The notes under the pieces were generated by a model, which made no database searches, was not told the origin of the DNA, and saw only the letters and a program-made list of their open reading frames with translations. This document shows, in pieces, positions 29,714 to 43,819 of a DNA stretch of 64,000 bases. Location: NCBI GenBank assembly GCA_030390025.1, contig CM059432.1, positions 54,934,001-54,998,000 on the forward strand, written 5' to 3'. The position numbers and the translations under genes are program-made. How positions within the stretch are numbered: position 1 is the first letter of the stretch; the number at the start of each line of letters is the position of its first letter. The stretch comes from Squalus acanthias. Its lineage: Eukaryota.

Positions 29714-31555
29714 CTGTCAAAGTAGAACAGATGTGTTGAGGTTTCACAAAACCTGTTCTGTGCTTTAAAACACACTTCAAACTTATGAACACTGTATATT
29801 TGTGTATGTAACATCTCAGCTTCATGTAAATGGAAGATAGCTAAAAATCCAGCTGTATAAAAAGGATACCTTTCTTCTTTTTAAAATAATGGTAAATAGA
29901 AGTGTTACATTCCCACACATACTTTCATACAAGGCCCTGTGAATTTTGCATGAAAAGTTACAGTATGATACAAACACCTGTCAATATTAAAGAAACCTCA
30001 TCCTACTCTCCCCAAGAAGCTCTGGGCATATGGAATAGATCCCCAGTAAGTGCCTTGGGAGGTTTTTCTACATTAAAGACACTAAATAAATGCAAATTTG
30101 TGTTTCAGCTACTCTCTTAACATAGACCAGGGTGGTCCACGGTTCACTGAGTTAGCAGATTTCAACAGGGGCAACAGAAGGGGAGCTACAATTGGCCTTA
30201 GAACCCCTGTTAAGTGGGGTGAGGTGGGGGGAGATGGAAAGGAGAATGAATGGATGGATAGATAGGATATAGTGGGTAGGGTTCAAGCTCCTGATTATCC
30301 ATTAACTCCCTGTTGCTGTGAACACACCCCCCATGATTGAATATCCTTTCGAAGTTCCCCATTGACACACACGTGAATAATGTCCCTTCGAGAGGAATTT
30401 CGGTGCCTGGCAACTGTGGAACTGAAACACAGTTAAGAAATCAATGTTTTTCATATCTGGAGAGGAGTTAAAAGTATCTAAATATATCTGCTTAACATAA
30501 CTGATGGAAAGACACCGATAATGAAACACATGCTGGAACATGATAATTAATGTGCTTTTGAGATCTGTAAAATAATACACAAGTATGAATTCATTTCATT
30601 AAGCTGAACGTCAGTTCCTTTTGGGGGTTAGGGGAAAATCTTTGTAGAGCTTAATTTATGGTTGGTTATCATCACTGATTTAATTTTCACACCCACACAA
30701 AAAAGGACTGAATGACAAAATGATGGCTCCTAAAAATCTGGTAAAAATACCAGAATCCAAAGTAAACAGAACATAATTTGACTTCACCGTCACCCATAGG
30801 AGATTGTGTGGAGTTGGCAGAGTGCATGTGATCTGTGGAGAGAACAGGCTTGATTTGCCTTCTCCTTTAAGGGTCCAATTTCAATGGGGTTTCTCAATCA
30901 TCTGCTTCTACTTAAGCAGGCAATCAAGAAAGCCCTGTGGGAATTTAACCCCTATGTTCTTATGACATCAGTTTCAAAATATCCGTCATTGCTCATGCAG
31001 TCAGATCCATTTGTGATTAAATACGGTGAAGTGCGACAAATGCAGTCTATTCCTCTTAAGTTGAAGTTAGTTAATTCAAATCTGTTCAAGATTTAAAAAA
31101 ACAGTATTTTCTTTACATTGCTTAATTCAAATGATTGGATAATTCAATTTAAAAAAACTTGTTCAAACCAAGAATATACAGTAATATCTATCACACAAAA
31201 TGGAGGATAATTTACTTCCAACTCAAGTTTAGGCAGATCATTGAGGAAGCTTTTATCCTCCAGTTTCCTGTGAAATGACTGAATGAGAGAGTTGGATCAA
31301 TCTTCCACTAAAACAGGAATTAGTGGTTTCAATTCAGTGGGCTGGAATCCATTTGGATTAAGTTAGAGCTGTGCATGCCGGGAACACTTGCACGTTTCGG
31401 CAGCTGAACTGTCTGAATTGTGTATAAACCTACATTTTAAAAAGCTTATCAATTGGGTCTGGGAAAGTGATGCTAAAAAGACCCCTGTGGACCACTTGCG
31501 GCCCCCATCCCCCTTCAACCAACCACTCATTAGTATCTGGCACTGCTCTTCCTAT

Positions 31556-34500
31556 GGCCAGAATTTTCTAGGGTCCGTGTGGGCGTGACCGGAGGCAGGT
31601 CGGTGGGAAATTTGAAATAAGTTGGAGCGGGTCGGCAACGTGCCATTATCCCGTCCCCCACGCGCCTTTCCTGTTGCGGTAGCGACCCGACGAAGAGGCG
31701 GGCGACCTAATTCAAATCATTACCAGCTTGTTGTCAGACCCTTAAGTGCCTTTTTCAGCCTACCTTTCAAATTTCCCTGGCTGCCCACGAGATTCACACA
31801 GCTCGGGAACCACGTCTGTCAGCCTGAGGCGGGAGTTGAGTGGCCATTGCTCCAGCTGATTAAATGACAGCATGAAATGTACTATAAAAGCTCCCACCTC
31901 ACAGCTGATCACTTTCCTCAGGCAGACACTGTTGCTGACTGCATTTAGCTTTCTACAGGCTGCAAAAGTTTGCAGCAGTCACCATCCAGTCTCACCTCAC
32001 TGGTACAACCTATCACTCCATTGACAGATTGCTTCCCTCATCTCTACTTGACCTGCCATCTATTACATCAGCATGGGTGCCATTTATACTGTCTCACCTT
32101 GGTCCTCAGAATCGGACCACGATGAGCCCCAACACTAGCCGGACCAACATCACTAACCTTCTCCTCAACCACCTGATGCTGCACAGGACAGAGGGAATCA
32201 GCGCAGGGCTGCACCGCGCCGGAGACGATATGCCCAACAGAGGGGATACAGGCAGAGGATGAGCTTCCTTAATATGACCGAGCAGCAGTGCGAAAGGAGG
32301 CTCAGGCTATCGTGGCAGGTTGTCACAGACATCTGCACATTGCTAAAGCAAGACCTGCAGCCCAGAGGAGCGGGTGGACACGCCTTACTAGTGGCAGTCA
32401 GTCATCAGCACCCTCAACTTCTTCACCTCAGGCTCCTTCCAGGGATCTGCAGCAAACATTTGTGGCATCTCACAGTCGGCCGCCCACAGATGCATCACAC
32501 CGATGCCCTCTTTGACAAGTCAGCCAATTATATTGGGCCAGAAATTCGGCTTTCCGGCTTCCTGCGGGTGCAAGCATCGCGCGCGTACTTGCCTGCCGTT
32601 GTGCTTTGGGCCCACGAGGACTTCGGGTCCTGGGCCTCCTCCAGCTGCCGGCGCGCAGTGCTTGTGTATCCCAGGGGCGCAGTTAGTTCGAAGCGTCCCC
32701 TGGGATCACGTGGGCCATGGAGAGCCAATCCTAGCAGGACATTTTCATTCATAGATTTGACAGGAAGACCTGTCAAATCTATGAATAGAGATCAGCCCCA
32801 AAACCGCACTTAAACTTCAAATAAATTGAAAAAAACATCACATTTTTAAAATAACTATAAGTTAAATAAATTAACTACTTTAAACAAAAATTTAATTTTT
32901 GAAAAAATTAATTATACTTTTTAACAGTGCTAAAAATAAACTTACCTTTCTTTAAAGTATCTAAAAAAGATAAACCTGTTGAAAAAATGTTTAAATTGTA
33001 ATTAATTAACCACTTACCTTGTTAAAAACAGGCCTTGCGCCTCCTTTTTAAATGATGCAGAGATGCCGGTGTTGGACTTTTTAAAAAAGTGCAGCTTCTC
33101 CATACTTACCTTCCCGGAGAAACCTGAAAAAAAAAACCTAAGTTCGCTGCGTACGCGCAGCCTCTCCCGCGCACGCGTTCGACTTCTGAACCCCTCCCTT
33201 CAGGGGAACGGAAGTTCCGGTTTCCCGCGCATGCAGGAAACCGGCACTTCAGATGGCCTTACGGGTGAGTACACAGCACGTACTCACCCGACAACAGCCG
33301 AATTTACTTCGCCACTGATGAAGCCAGTGTTACTGAGTGGTCACTCGGCTTTGCCGCTCTGGCTGGCTTCCCATGGGTACAGGGCATCATTGACTGCACA
33401 CATGTGGCCGTCAGGGCATCCCATCATAACCCAGGAGTCTTTGTCAACCGCAAGGGCTTCCACTCAATGTGCAGCTGGTCTGCAACTATAGGAAGATCAT
33501 CATGCATGTGTGTGCCAAATTCCCTGGCAGCTGCCATGACTCTTTCGTCCTTCGCCAATCCACCCTCCCTCAGCTCTTCGCTCCTCCAAACATACTTTCA
33601 AGCTGGCTGCTTGGAGACAAGGGAGACTGAAGACGTGACTCATGACACCCTTGAGGAGACCAAGTACTGAGGCCGAGGAGAGATATAATAAAAGCCACAT
33701 TTCCACCAGATATGTCATAGAGCAGACAATAGGTATGCTCAAAATGCACTTCAGATGCCTTGACAGAACTGGAGGAGCCCTGCAGTATGTACTAGCTAGG
33801 GTCTCTAGATTAGTCGTGGTCTACTGCGCCCTGCAAAACATAGCGCAACAGCGAGGAGCAAGGCACCGAACACACAGCCTCTACAGAGGAGGAGCTGGAG
33901 GAACCTGTGGCCCAGATCCCACCAGCACCCGAGCACATTGCTGCCTGGGAACCAGGGATGGCCTCATCATGGCCAGATTTACTTAACTTTACGCAGTACA
34001 CCCATATGGCTGCCACATGCTGCGCCAGGTTGGCACCATCCCACAGCAACACCATAAAGGAGCCCTACACTGACCAAGCCATTCCTTTCACACTGACCAC
34101 CATTGCTGGAGGTACAGTTATGGCTCATCATTCACTGCAACTCACTAAGCCACTTCCAAAGGAGCACACAAATTTGTCTAAGATCGGAAAGTGGTGAAAA
34201 TAAAGATTTTTATGGTTGACATCACATTAACAGAAACTTGACATTAACATTGAATAAAACACCCAAGTGGCTACCCTTGTGAATCATCTTTCTCTTACGC
34301 GTGGTTCTACGAGGTGTGACCCGTGGCTTCAGCAGATGTAGAGGCAGTCTGCTCACTTCCCTGCTGCGACTGCTTAAGACACTCTTGGCAGACGTCCTCT
34401 GGGTTTTTGAACCGGTTAAGGCCTCGCCAAAGTCTGCTCCTCCTGCGACTGTGCAGGGGCAGACTCGGCTATCGCTGTTCGAGGAGGCATCTGGGGCTCT

Positions 34501-36398
34501 GACTGAGGGGATGGCAACGGGAGGGAAGTGTAAGCACTTTGAGAGGAGCCCACACTTCCATGTCCCCTCTCACGGGCCACCCGCACTTCCTTGCTAGCAA
34601 GGAGCTGGAGAGCACCTTGCTGCATATCAGTGGGGCCATGAGGACCCATGTCTATGCGGACATCCCTCCTAGACAGGAGGTCTATGTACCTCTGCCATCT
34701 ATGCTCCATAGATAGCCATCTAATCTCCATAGAGACCATGTGCTCCTGTGAGTGGCGCATTAGCTGCTCCATGCAGGTGACCATCCTATCCATGGAAGAG
34801 CCTAGTCTCCATCGCCTGCGACACGGTGGTGCTCGTGTTGGAGATGGACTCCTCCATTCTTTGAAGATTTGCGGATATCGTGGTTGCAAAACCTGTCAGA
34901 GCCCCCTGCACCTCCAGGATCGCCCTCTTTCTGGATGGCCCCCAAGGCTCAGCGTCTGCATGCAGCTGAGCAGAGCTGGGAGTGTCCTGCGTTCTCCAGC
35001 GAAGAGTCTCCACTGCTGTCCTGTCTCCACCATCTGCTCTTGCTCACTTGTGACAACACTACTCTATCTTGCGTGGGACCCACCGAGGTGTGCGTCTCTG
35101 TGCTGGTGCTGGGTGCGCTTATGTCTGGTGATGCTGCGCCCTCAGAGGCTGGAGGCTCCTCTGAGGAGTCGTCTTCCTCTCGTCCGAGGAGTCGTCTTCC
35201 TCTCCTCCTGGACAGTGGAGGGAGGGGGGGAGGCACTTGATGGACCTGTGGGAGAGTAAAGAGATGAGTTAGATATGCCATATGAAGAATGGGTACAGAT
35301 ACCATTATACACATGATGACCATTCAGTGGCTGATGACATCAGTCCCTATGAGTGATTGATGTATGCCCTGTAGCTGTATGATATGCAATTCTGTCACCA
35401 GGTTGCTGAGATGTCCCCCTCTTTCCATCTCCCACCTCCTGCTGCTCGGCCACTCCTGATACTTCCAACGTAGCCTCCTCTGCTGCTGAGGGTGACAAAT
35501 GATGGAGGCCCCCTCCAGTTCTCTTCCTCTCCTTGTGCGCTCTCTTTTCCTGCAAGGAGGGAAAGAAGAGAAGGTTGAGTGAGTGTTAAAATGAGTGTAA
35601 GGAATGGATGGGTTACATCTGTAGAGGGTGACTGATGGAGTGGGGTGGCAATGCCAAGTGGCCTCCTTGTGTGTTGTTTGTTGGTATGATTGCATTAGGA
35701 TGAGAGGGAGATGTGATAATGTAGATAGAGAGAGGGGGATGGGTGGGCGTGCAAGGTATATTGGTGTGAATAAAGATATGCAGGAGTAGGGTTGGGAAGG
35801 CAGAGTGATGAGGATGTGATGAGAGGCACAGCAGGATGAAGTTGAGTGTGGCTTTGCACTCACCTTTCCTGATCTAATGAGATCATTGAAACATTTCTGG
35901 CACTGCACCCAGGTCCTCCTGAACACATCCCTGCTGTTCACCTCCTTTGCAATTTGGAGCCAGGCTCTTTTTGTCTCCTGCGGAGGTCTCTTCCGCCCAT
36001 CCGAAGGGAAGAGGACCTCCCTGCATGCTCGGACTCCCTCCACAAGCATATGGAGGGAGTCATCAGAGAACCTGGGGTGCAGCCCTCTGCCTCTGAACAG
36101 TCATGTCTCCAAAGTGTTTGGTGCAATCAAAGCCTCCAATGCAGTGACTGCACATTCCTAGATGAACCTTCAAATGCAATGTGGCCATGGCTCCTTTAAA
36201 TATCCCAGCTGAAAACACATCATTGATGAAGTCATCAGACCCGCACCATTTAAGAGGGCCGGTTAAGCACAGGGTGGGCTTAATAGGGCCCATTAGTGCA
36301 AAGTCTATTTCTGCAGCGGGATGGAAGCAACAACAGGATCGCGACCCACCATGCCGACCGCCCGCACCCAACCCGCCCAGGTAAAGAAAATTCCGGCC
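31556..36398. mobile_element. PIF/Harbinger transposon copy 2 (same family as copy 1, inverted) in TYMS intron 6
   Basis: TIRs ggccagaattttct / agaaaattccggcc; flanks tat/ttt. Frameshifted nuclease on + (about 32070-33986) interrupted by a MITE; Myb/SANT gene on - (about 34280-36105). Colinear with the reverse complement of 2159-7161. Confidence 0.9.
32535..33305. mobile_element. MITE family A nested in the Harbinger copy-2 nuclease gene
   Basis: Reverse-orientation homolog of 43820-44581. Left TIR intact after ATT; right TIR truncated (gccgaattt). The host nuclease resumes at acttcgccactgatgaag. Confidence 0.88.
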
Positions 36399-36744
36399 TT
36401 TCGAGGAAATTTTAAAAACAGAAATCAATTTTCAGTGCGTATGCAGATTCGTGCTACTGGAGGTATGATGCATGGCCTCTATTTATAGACTGTTTGCGTG
36501 CAACACATGGGAAGGCTTGGAACATCATTCAATGACGTATGCAACAAGCCTGGGCATTGAAACAGCTGTTGTGGTACACGTACGCACATGTAACCAGTTC
36601 AGGACATTTAGCAAACCATACGAGGAGCTGCTAATCCGATGACCGGTCACAAGAATCACACACGCAAAAAAGTCAATAGCAGCATCGGTTCCCTGGACAA
36701 CAGGGGGATAGAGTTTGCGCTTGTTTCCGCTAGTTTTGCGTCTC

Positions 36745-37910
36745 ATTGAAATGTCTGACATTCTTAGAGGGCTCGACAGGGTAGATGCTGAGAGGCTGTT
36801 TCCCCTGTCTGGTAAGTTTAGAACTAGGGGTCATAGTCTCCGGATAAGGGGTCAGCCATTTAGGACTGAAGTAATCCATGTTGGTAGGAAAAATAGAAAA
36901 GCAGAGTATTTTTAAATAGTGAGAGATTGGGAAATATTGGTGTTCAGAAGGACCTGGGTGTCCTTGTACACGAATCACTGAAAGTTAACATGTAGGTACA
37001 GCAAGCAATTAGGAAAGCAAATGGTATGTTGGCCTTTATTACAGGAGGATTTGAGTATAAGAGTAAAGACATCTTACTGCAATTATATAGGGCCCTGGTG
37101 AGACCACACCTGGAGTATTGTGTAGTTTTGGTCTCCTTACCCAAGGAAGGATATACTTGCCATAGAGGGAGTGCAACGAAGGTTCACCAGACTGGTTCCT
37201 GGGATGGGGGGGGGATTGTCCTAGGAGGACAGATTGAGTAGACTAGGCCTATATTCTCTAGAGCTTAGAAGAATGAGAGGTGATCTCATTGAAACACACA
37301 AAATTCTTACAGGGCTTGACAGGGTAGATGCAGGGAGGATGTTTCCCCTGGCTGGGGAGTCTAGAACCAGGGGTCACAGTCTCAGAATAAGGGGTCGGCC
37401 ATTTAGGACTGAGATGAGGAGAAATTTCTTCACTCAGAGGGTGGTGAATCTTTGGAATTCTCTACCCTGGAGGGCTGTGGAGGCTCAGTTGTGGAGTATA
37501 TTCAAGACAGAGATCGATAGATAGATTTTTGAATATTAAGGGAGTCAAGGCATATGGGGATAGTGCAGGAAAGTGGAGGTGAAGTAGAAGATCAGCCATG
37601 ATCTTATTGAATGGTGGAGCAGGCTCAAAGGGCCAAATGGCCTACTCCTGCTCCTATTTCTTATGTTCTTATGACTGATGGAGAAATTTCTTCACTTAAG
37701 AGGGTTGTGAATCTATGGAATTCTCTATCCCAGAGGGCTGTGAATGCCCAGTCATTGAGTATATTCAAGACCAAGATCGATAGATTTTTAGGGCACTAAC
37801 CGAATCAAGGGATATGGTGGGAAAGTGGAGTTGAGGTTGATGAAGAACCATGATCTTATTGAAGCAGTTTTAAGGGGCCGTATGGCCTACTCCTGCTCCT
37901 ATTTCTTATT
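36745..37910 (+). mobile_element. Nested CR1 3' fragments (inner copy 36870-37672)
   Basis: RT C-terminal ORFs. The inner copy ends ttcttatgttcttat and is flanked by GACTGA (36864-36869, 37673-37678). Confidence 0.88.
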
Positions 37911-38944
37911 CCAGTGCAAATCGGTCGAACCAGCACAAAAGATTGGTGAATTTTAAACGTAAGCGAGTTATGCCTAAAAAATTTGCATTTGTGTTTTCCG
38001 CAATCTTTTACCCCAGTTCAAGATTCAATTCACCCTAATCAGGCCCCGCCCACAAGCTGGCCACACCCACGGGTCGAAATTTCTGCCGATTGCGCTGGTT
38101 GGAGAAGGCTCTGCACATTGCGCTCATTTTCTTCGGCGCACAGGCTCCTAACTTTTCAAATCAATATATATTTAATTTAATAAAGAAACTGACTAGTGTA
38201 TACCAATGAACTATTAAATGGTTCAGTTTTGCTTTTTTACGTCATTTTCAGCGGTTTTAAATCAGGTTACTCACAGGTAGAGGACGGAACCCTTCTTAAG
38301 CTGCTTATTTTTGGTGAGAAACCCATTTTCAGCTGTATTAATAAAACTGCACCAGGTTACCACTCTTAAGTACATCAAGGAATACTTTTTAATGGAAAGA
38401 AAAAAAATTACGTTCGATTACGCTGCGGGGTTGCACTAGTTCACGGAAGACTTTAAGTTTGGGATTATACAAATAAGTTTTCGCGGAAACTTGAACTGCA
38501 ACCTAAGCAGCGCAATTTCAAGCGCATTTTGGTTCCAATTTTCCAATTGCGCCCAAAGTGGAAGCTCTACTCCATGGTATTTGTATTTGGGAGTGCCCTA
38601 GCAGTCCCATCTAAAAATTGGTGATTGGAATTCACACTTCTTGTTTTTTATATCCAGAGGTTAAATAATGGCAACCTAGCTGTAGAGGGTTAATTTTTTA
38701 AATCAACTCAGATTGGATAATGTACAGAAGAAAATGAAACTGCTGGAATAAATTAGTTTGCAGCGTTAAAATGGTTGTGAAATTGAGCATTCCTTTCCAG
38801 ATATCCATTCCACTTTGCACCTACCCCCTTGGGAGTTACAGATGAAACACCAATTCATCTCGCGGTGGGTCTTTGTACTTGTAAGAATTTACAATAAGGG
38901 GCGAAATTATGTTTACTTCAGGTCATTGAAAGTGCAACATTTAC

Positions 38945-39016
38945 CTGAATTTTCAATGCCTCAATGTGGTTCTTGTAAATATGAGCATCACCCAGTGTGT
39001 GTACAAAGTCACCAGG
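38945..39016 (-). CDS. TYMS: Thymidylate synthase exon 6
   Basis: 72 nt, ctttcag|...|gtaaat; encodes [24 protein letters not shown]. Confidence 0.97.
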
Positions 39017-39733
39017 CTGAAAGGAGAGCAAATAGTCATTAGGAGAATATCTCGGCAGGCACTTGTCACTGCAGATTATCTAGTCAAGGAATTTTGTTAC
39101 ATTTGTCAAACATTATGGAAAGTCATTAAACTGGTTATGGAGAAGAAAGGCCAGTGGTCTGACACTGGCCAGACTGACCACTGCCTTTTTAGAGTGATTG
39201 TATCTCCACTAAATGACCGTGCAAATTTACTTCACACTTCCCTCAGCAGTTGCCAGAAAATGTATGAGCAAGTTTTGAGAAAGTCACGACTACCACCAGA
39301 AATAATGGTCAGTGGTGGAGAAAAGCCTAGATAGAGTTAATAGAAGATTTAAAACAAACTTGTGCCACCAAGCCAAAGACACAACAATGGTATTGTGTTG
39401 TGTGGAAAAAAAAGGTTGCAATACTGTGGAGTTACAATACACTGTAGCCAATGCAGGCAATAGAAATAACTGAAGATTAACACAACAGGAAATATCCTTA
39501 TATAGCACAAGACAAAGATCTCAGACACTACTGCTTGTTTTGCTACCGTTGGGTGAGCAATTAAAAACAGATTTCACATTAAATTATATTCCTGTTGCCA
39601 AATTATTGGAATACCAAATTCACTTTTCATATGCAAGAAGCTAAAATGTTATTCACAGATGCTGAGGTGCCAACCTGTTAATCTAAAAAAAAATCAGCTG
39701 CTTCTTTTACATAATCCCATTTTTAGAAGCATT

Positions 39734-40469
39734 GGCCCGGAATCTGCAATGAGAATAACAGGTGAGGCCATCAGCGCTCACCGTTGTAATGGAGCAAATA
39801 TAACAGCAACTTCTGGCATCCGCACATGCACCGTTAAACACAAATCCAGAAGTTACTGTCAGAGATACCCGGCTCCTCCCCAAGGTGCACTGTTGCAGTC
39901 TTTGCCGATAGGCTCGGCACTGAAATGACTGCAACTGTGTGCACTTGCTGCTTTTAACCCACTAGTTCCGCACTGAAAGTGTTAGGGCTGGTGCATTCAG
40001 GAGTAAGTGAGTTTTTAAATGGCGCGATGTGATAATTACTGCTGAACAACCTCTCTAGCCCTGAAAAATTAATTTTACAAGTGTGGAGTTTCATTCCTTC
40101 AGAAGAAAAATAGTGTTTGAGATTTTAACTTTTGGTTTGTCTCTCATCTCGCTCCCCCTTAATCCATCTGTATTTCCCAATCTTTATTTCGCTTTCTATA
40201 CATCATTTAAATCTAATTTATATTTCCTGCTTTATACTTCCTGGTTTGGACTGTCTCGGTAAGGATTTTTCAATCGGATTGTTGAAGAGCATCGCTGTTG
40301 CTATCCCTGCTGACAGCCACCACAGATCCCCTGTAGAGGGCACCACGCTGGAAAAGATGCCAGATGAGAGGAAATCTCCACTGACAAGCTTGTGAAAAGT
40401 CTGTAGGCAGCTGTCGGCGAGGTGAATGGCAAGCACCGTTCCTTCGCTGCTCAGAGCAAAATCCGGGTC
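39734..40469. mobile_element. MITE family D (TYMS intron 5)
   Basis: Imperfect TIR ggcccggaatctgc / gcaaaatccgggtc with ATT TSD. Confidence 0.75.
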
Positions 40470-40957
40470 ATTATATCAACATCCATGTTCACTCCCATTG
40501 AAAGACTATGGTAAGAATCAATTTCCACTGCTTTAACGCCATCAATGCTTTTAATCAAATATCTACTTGGCTTGGTTGGTAGCACTCTCCTGCGAGTCAG
40601 AAGAAATGGAAAAAGCAACTAGGACTTGAGCATATAATCATTAACAGTGCTGCATTGTCCCAACTGCTGCCTGTCAGATGAGATATTAAAGAGACAACCA
40701 GTTGGATATAAAAAAGTTCCCAAGTGCGCTATTCAAAGAGCAGGGAGTTCTCCCATTACCTTGGCTAACATTCCTCCATCAATCAACACCACCAAAAAAA
40801 ACAGATTAACTGGTCACTTATCTCATTTGCTGTTTGCAGGATCTTGGTGCGTTATATTTGCCAACATAATTGTGATTACACTTCAAAAGTAATACATTGG
40901 TGTGAAGCACTTTGGTCTTTGGTATGGATAATGTTATATAAATACAAAACAAGCTCA

Positions 40958-41212
<255 letters not shown>

Positions 41213-42382
41213 TTAATGCACTGAAACTAAAGTAGAAAGTTTGTATATTCACTGAAATTCAAACTAGTATCTAGCCCTCAGTGTTAAGTGTCCTTATAAA
41301 CTCCATTTAGCTTTGTTGCCATGTTTCCAGACTGCTTGACTAGGTGACATGTTGCAATTTGATTCAGCTAGTGGAACTAAAGATAAAAGGTTTATCGCTC
41401 CACTAATTTACCATTGTATTGATTGTTCATCTCTGTAGTCACTATATGCAGTCACAAAACCATAGAACCTTCAGCACAAAAGGTGGCCAATAGGCCCATC
41501 ATGCTTATGCTTCTACTAGCTTCATATTGGGGCTATATCCCGTACACTTCCATATTTTTCTTCAAGCATTTAGCCAATTTCCTCTTAAATGCTGCGATTG
41601 TCTTTGCTTCGATAGCCACTTGAGTACACATCCCAGCTCACTTGCTCAATAGTTTTGAACAGGAAGTTCTAAAATTTACTATTTCCTCTAAACAGCTAAA
41701 GCATATTTTTAGCTTTAACATTCTTTTAAAAGGTTTACGCTAAATCAAACCCTCTTCATCTTTTGCTGCCCCCCTCCCCCGAAAGAGATAGTGCGTATGA
41801 AAATCATGCTGTTAGAGTCCTATGAAAACAGGTAACATTATAAGTACAGGTTATACTCGCAGACTTTGTAACTGGATTAAACTACTCGTTAATGTTGCCC
41901 AATTTCATTTTTTGCCAATTTTCTCACCAACTTTTCTGCTGAAGGCATTGCCCGATGCGGAGGTACAGTTTCACAGGCTCTGATGACCCTTCGGTAATCT
42001 CATCTGAGAGAGTTCATTCTTCAGGTGCGAGCCTAGACAGTATGTGTCGGCAGGCCATTTGACTGGGGGTGAAGGAGGAGGGGATGAAAGAACATCGCAA
42101 TCAAAGCTGGTCCTATTCTTACTAGACAGCCACATTTGTGTGCTTTCCAGCAGGAGTCACTAGATTGCAATCAAGAGCGAGAACAGTGACCAATTTTCCC
42201 CATCCCAACAGGATGCTGTGGTCAATAGTAATATCTCACTGCCATCGCAGCTGAAACTGGCTAATTTAGACTGTGGATCGAACCTGGGACCATCTAGCAT
42301 ATACAATTGCCTTCACCAACTAACCCCTTGGAGGCTCCAACTTCACTTAGATTCTCAGTTTGTGTGTGTCATTTTTTTTTAC

Positions 42383-42484
42383 CTTTAGGGTTCCAAGCGC
42401 ACATGATGATTCTGCGATTCTCCGGGTTGGTTATGATGGTATCGATTACATTCTGGAGCTGATCGACTCCTTGTCCAGAGTAAT
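42383..42484 (-). CDS. TYMS: Thymidylate synthase exon 4
   Basis: 102 nt, ttgtag|...|gtaaaa; encodes (D)[33 protein letters not shown], including the phosphate-binding RR. Confidence 0.97.
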
Positions 42485-42650
42485 CTACAATCAAAGAAAC
42501 TTAATGAGAAAAGCAAACTTCCCCAAAACATTCAGTTGACTAGTTTAGACTAGTTTTATATTAGTCAGTTTCTTCCCAACAGAAATACCGCTATTCCAGA
42601 AACCCAAAACTAATTCTTTGAGATGTGGTATAACACTGTAATCTTTCCTA

Positions 42651-42932
<282 letters not shown>

Positions 42933-43819
42933 CTATACAGCAAATGCTGTCTGGTATTCAAACCAGAGAGCTGCCACGCCGTTCTAGATCATGTCTGAAC
43001 TTAACCTCCAAACACATGCACTTTCCAACAGGGATCACTGGAGCGTGATCAGCACCAGGAATTCTGGTCACTTTCTAATCCTCAGCCAATCGTAGCACCT
43101 CAATTGCTGTCCTGGCTGAGATTATGTAACTCAGCACAGACCAGGGTTAAACCTGGATCTTCCTGATCTGTAGAGCTCTATCATGCCACACAGAGCCACC
43201 AAGGGAGGCCCATTCAAGTGTTTTTTAATTCTTTAAAAAAAAAAGTGATCCAAGAGTGCAAGCCAGAAAATCCCCTGATTTTTACTTCTCCTGGGACATG
43301 CTGCAGGGCAGAAGATATCAGAACAGAATACAATTAACTAAACGCTTCTCATTCTATACCAGGAACATTTTCAAAAGCAATGTGCTTTTTTTTAAAAAAA
43401 AAAGTATTTTCCCCTAGTGTACACAGCACTGTGCAAAGTGCTCCATTCTCGCATTGCTAGCTAATTTCAGAAAAACATGGCAAAACTGCATTCAACCTAT
43501 TATAACTTGGAAAGGATGAAATTAACTATTCTAAAAGTATTGGGTAGTTGAGGTTTGATAGCATACCGATAGAGCTACCTGAATGGTCTAGTGGTTTAGC
43601 ACTAAACCACATAGGCTGGAAGGTCCCATGTTTAACTTGCAGTTTGTGCTAAGTTGGCTGAATGAGAACAGGACTAGACTTAGCAGTGATGCACTGGACG
43701 GTCAAATAATCTGCTGGAGCCGATTGTCTAGGTTCACATATGAAGAATGACCACTTATGAAGTCAGAAATAAGCATGCATAGGAAAGGAGTATTGGAAAG
43801 TATTTTTTAAATACATATT

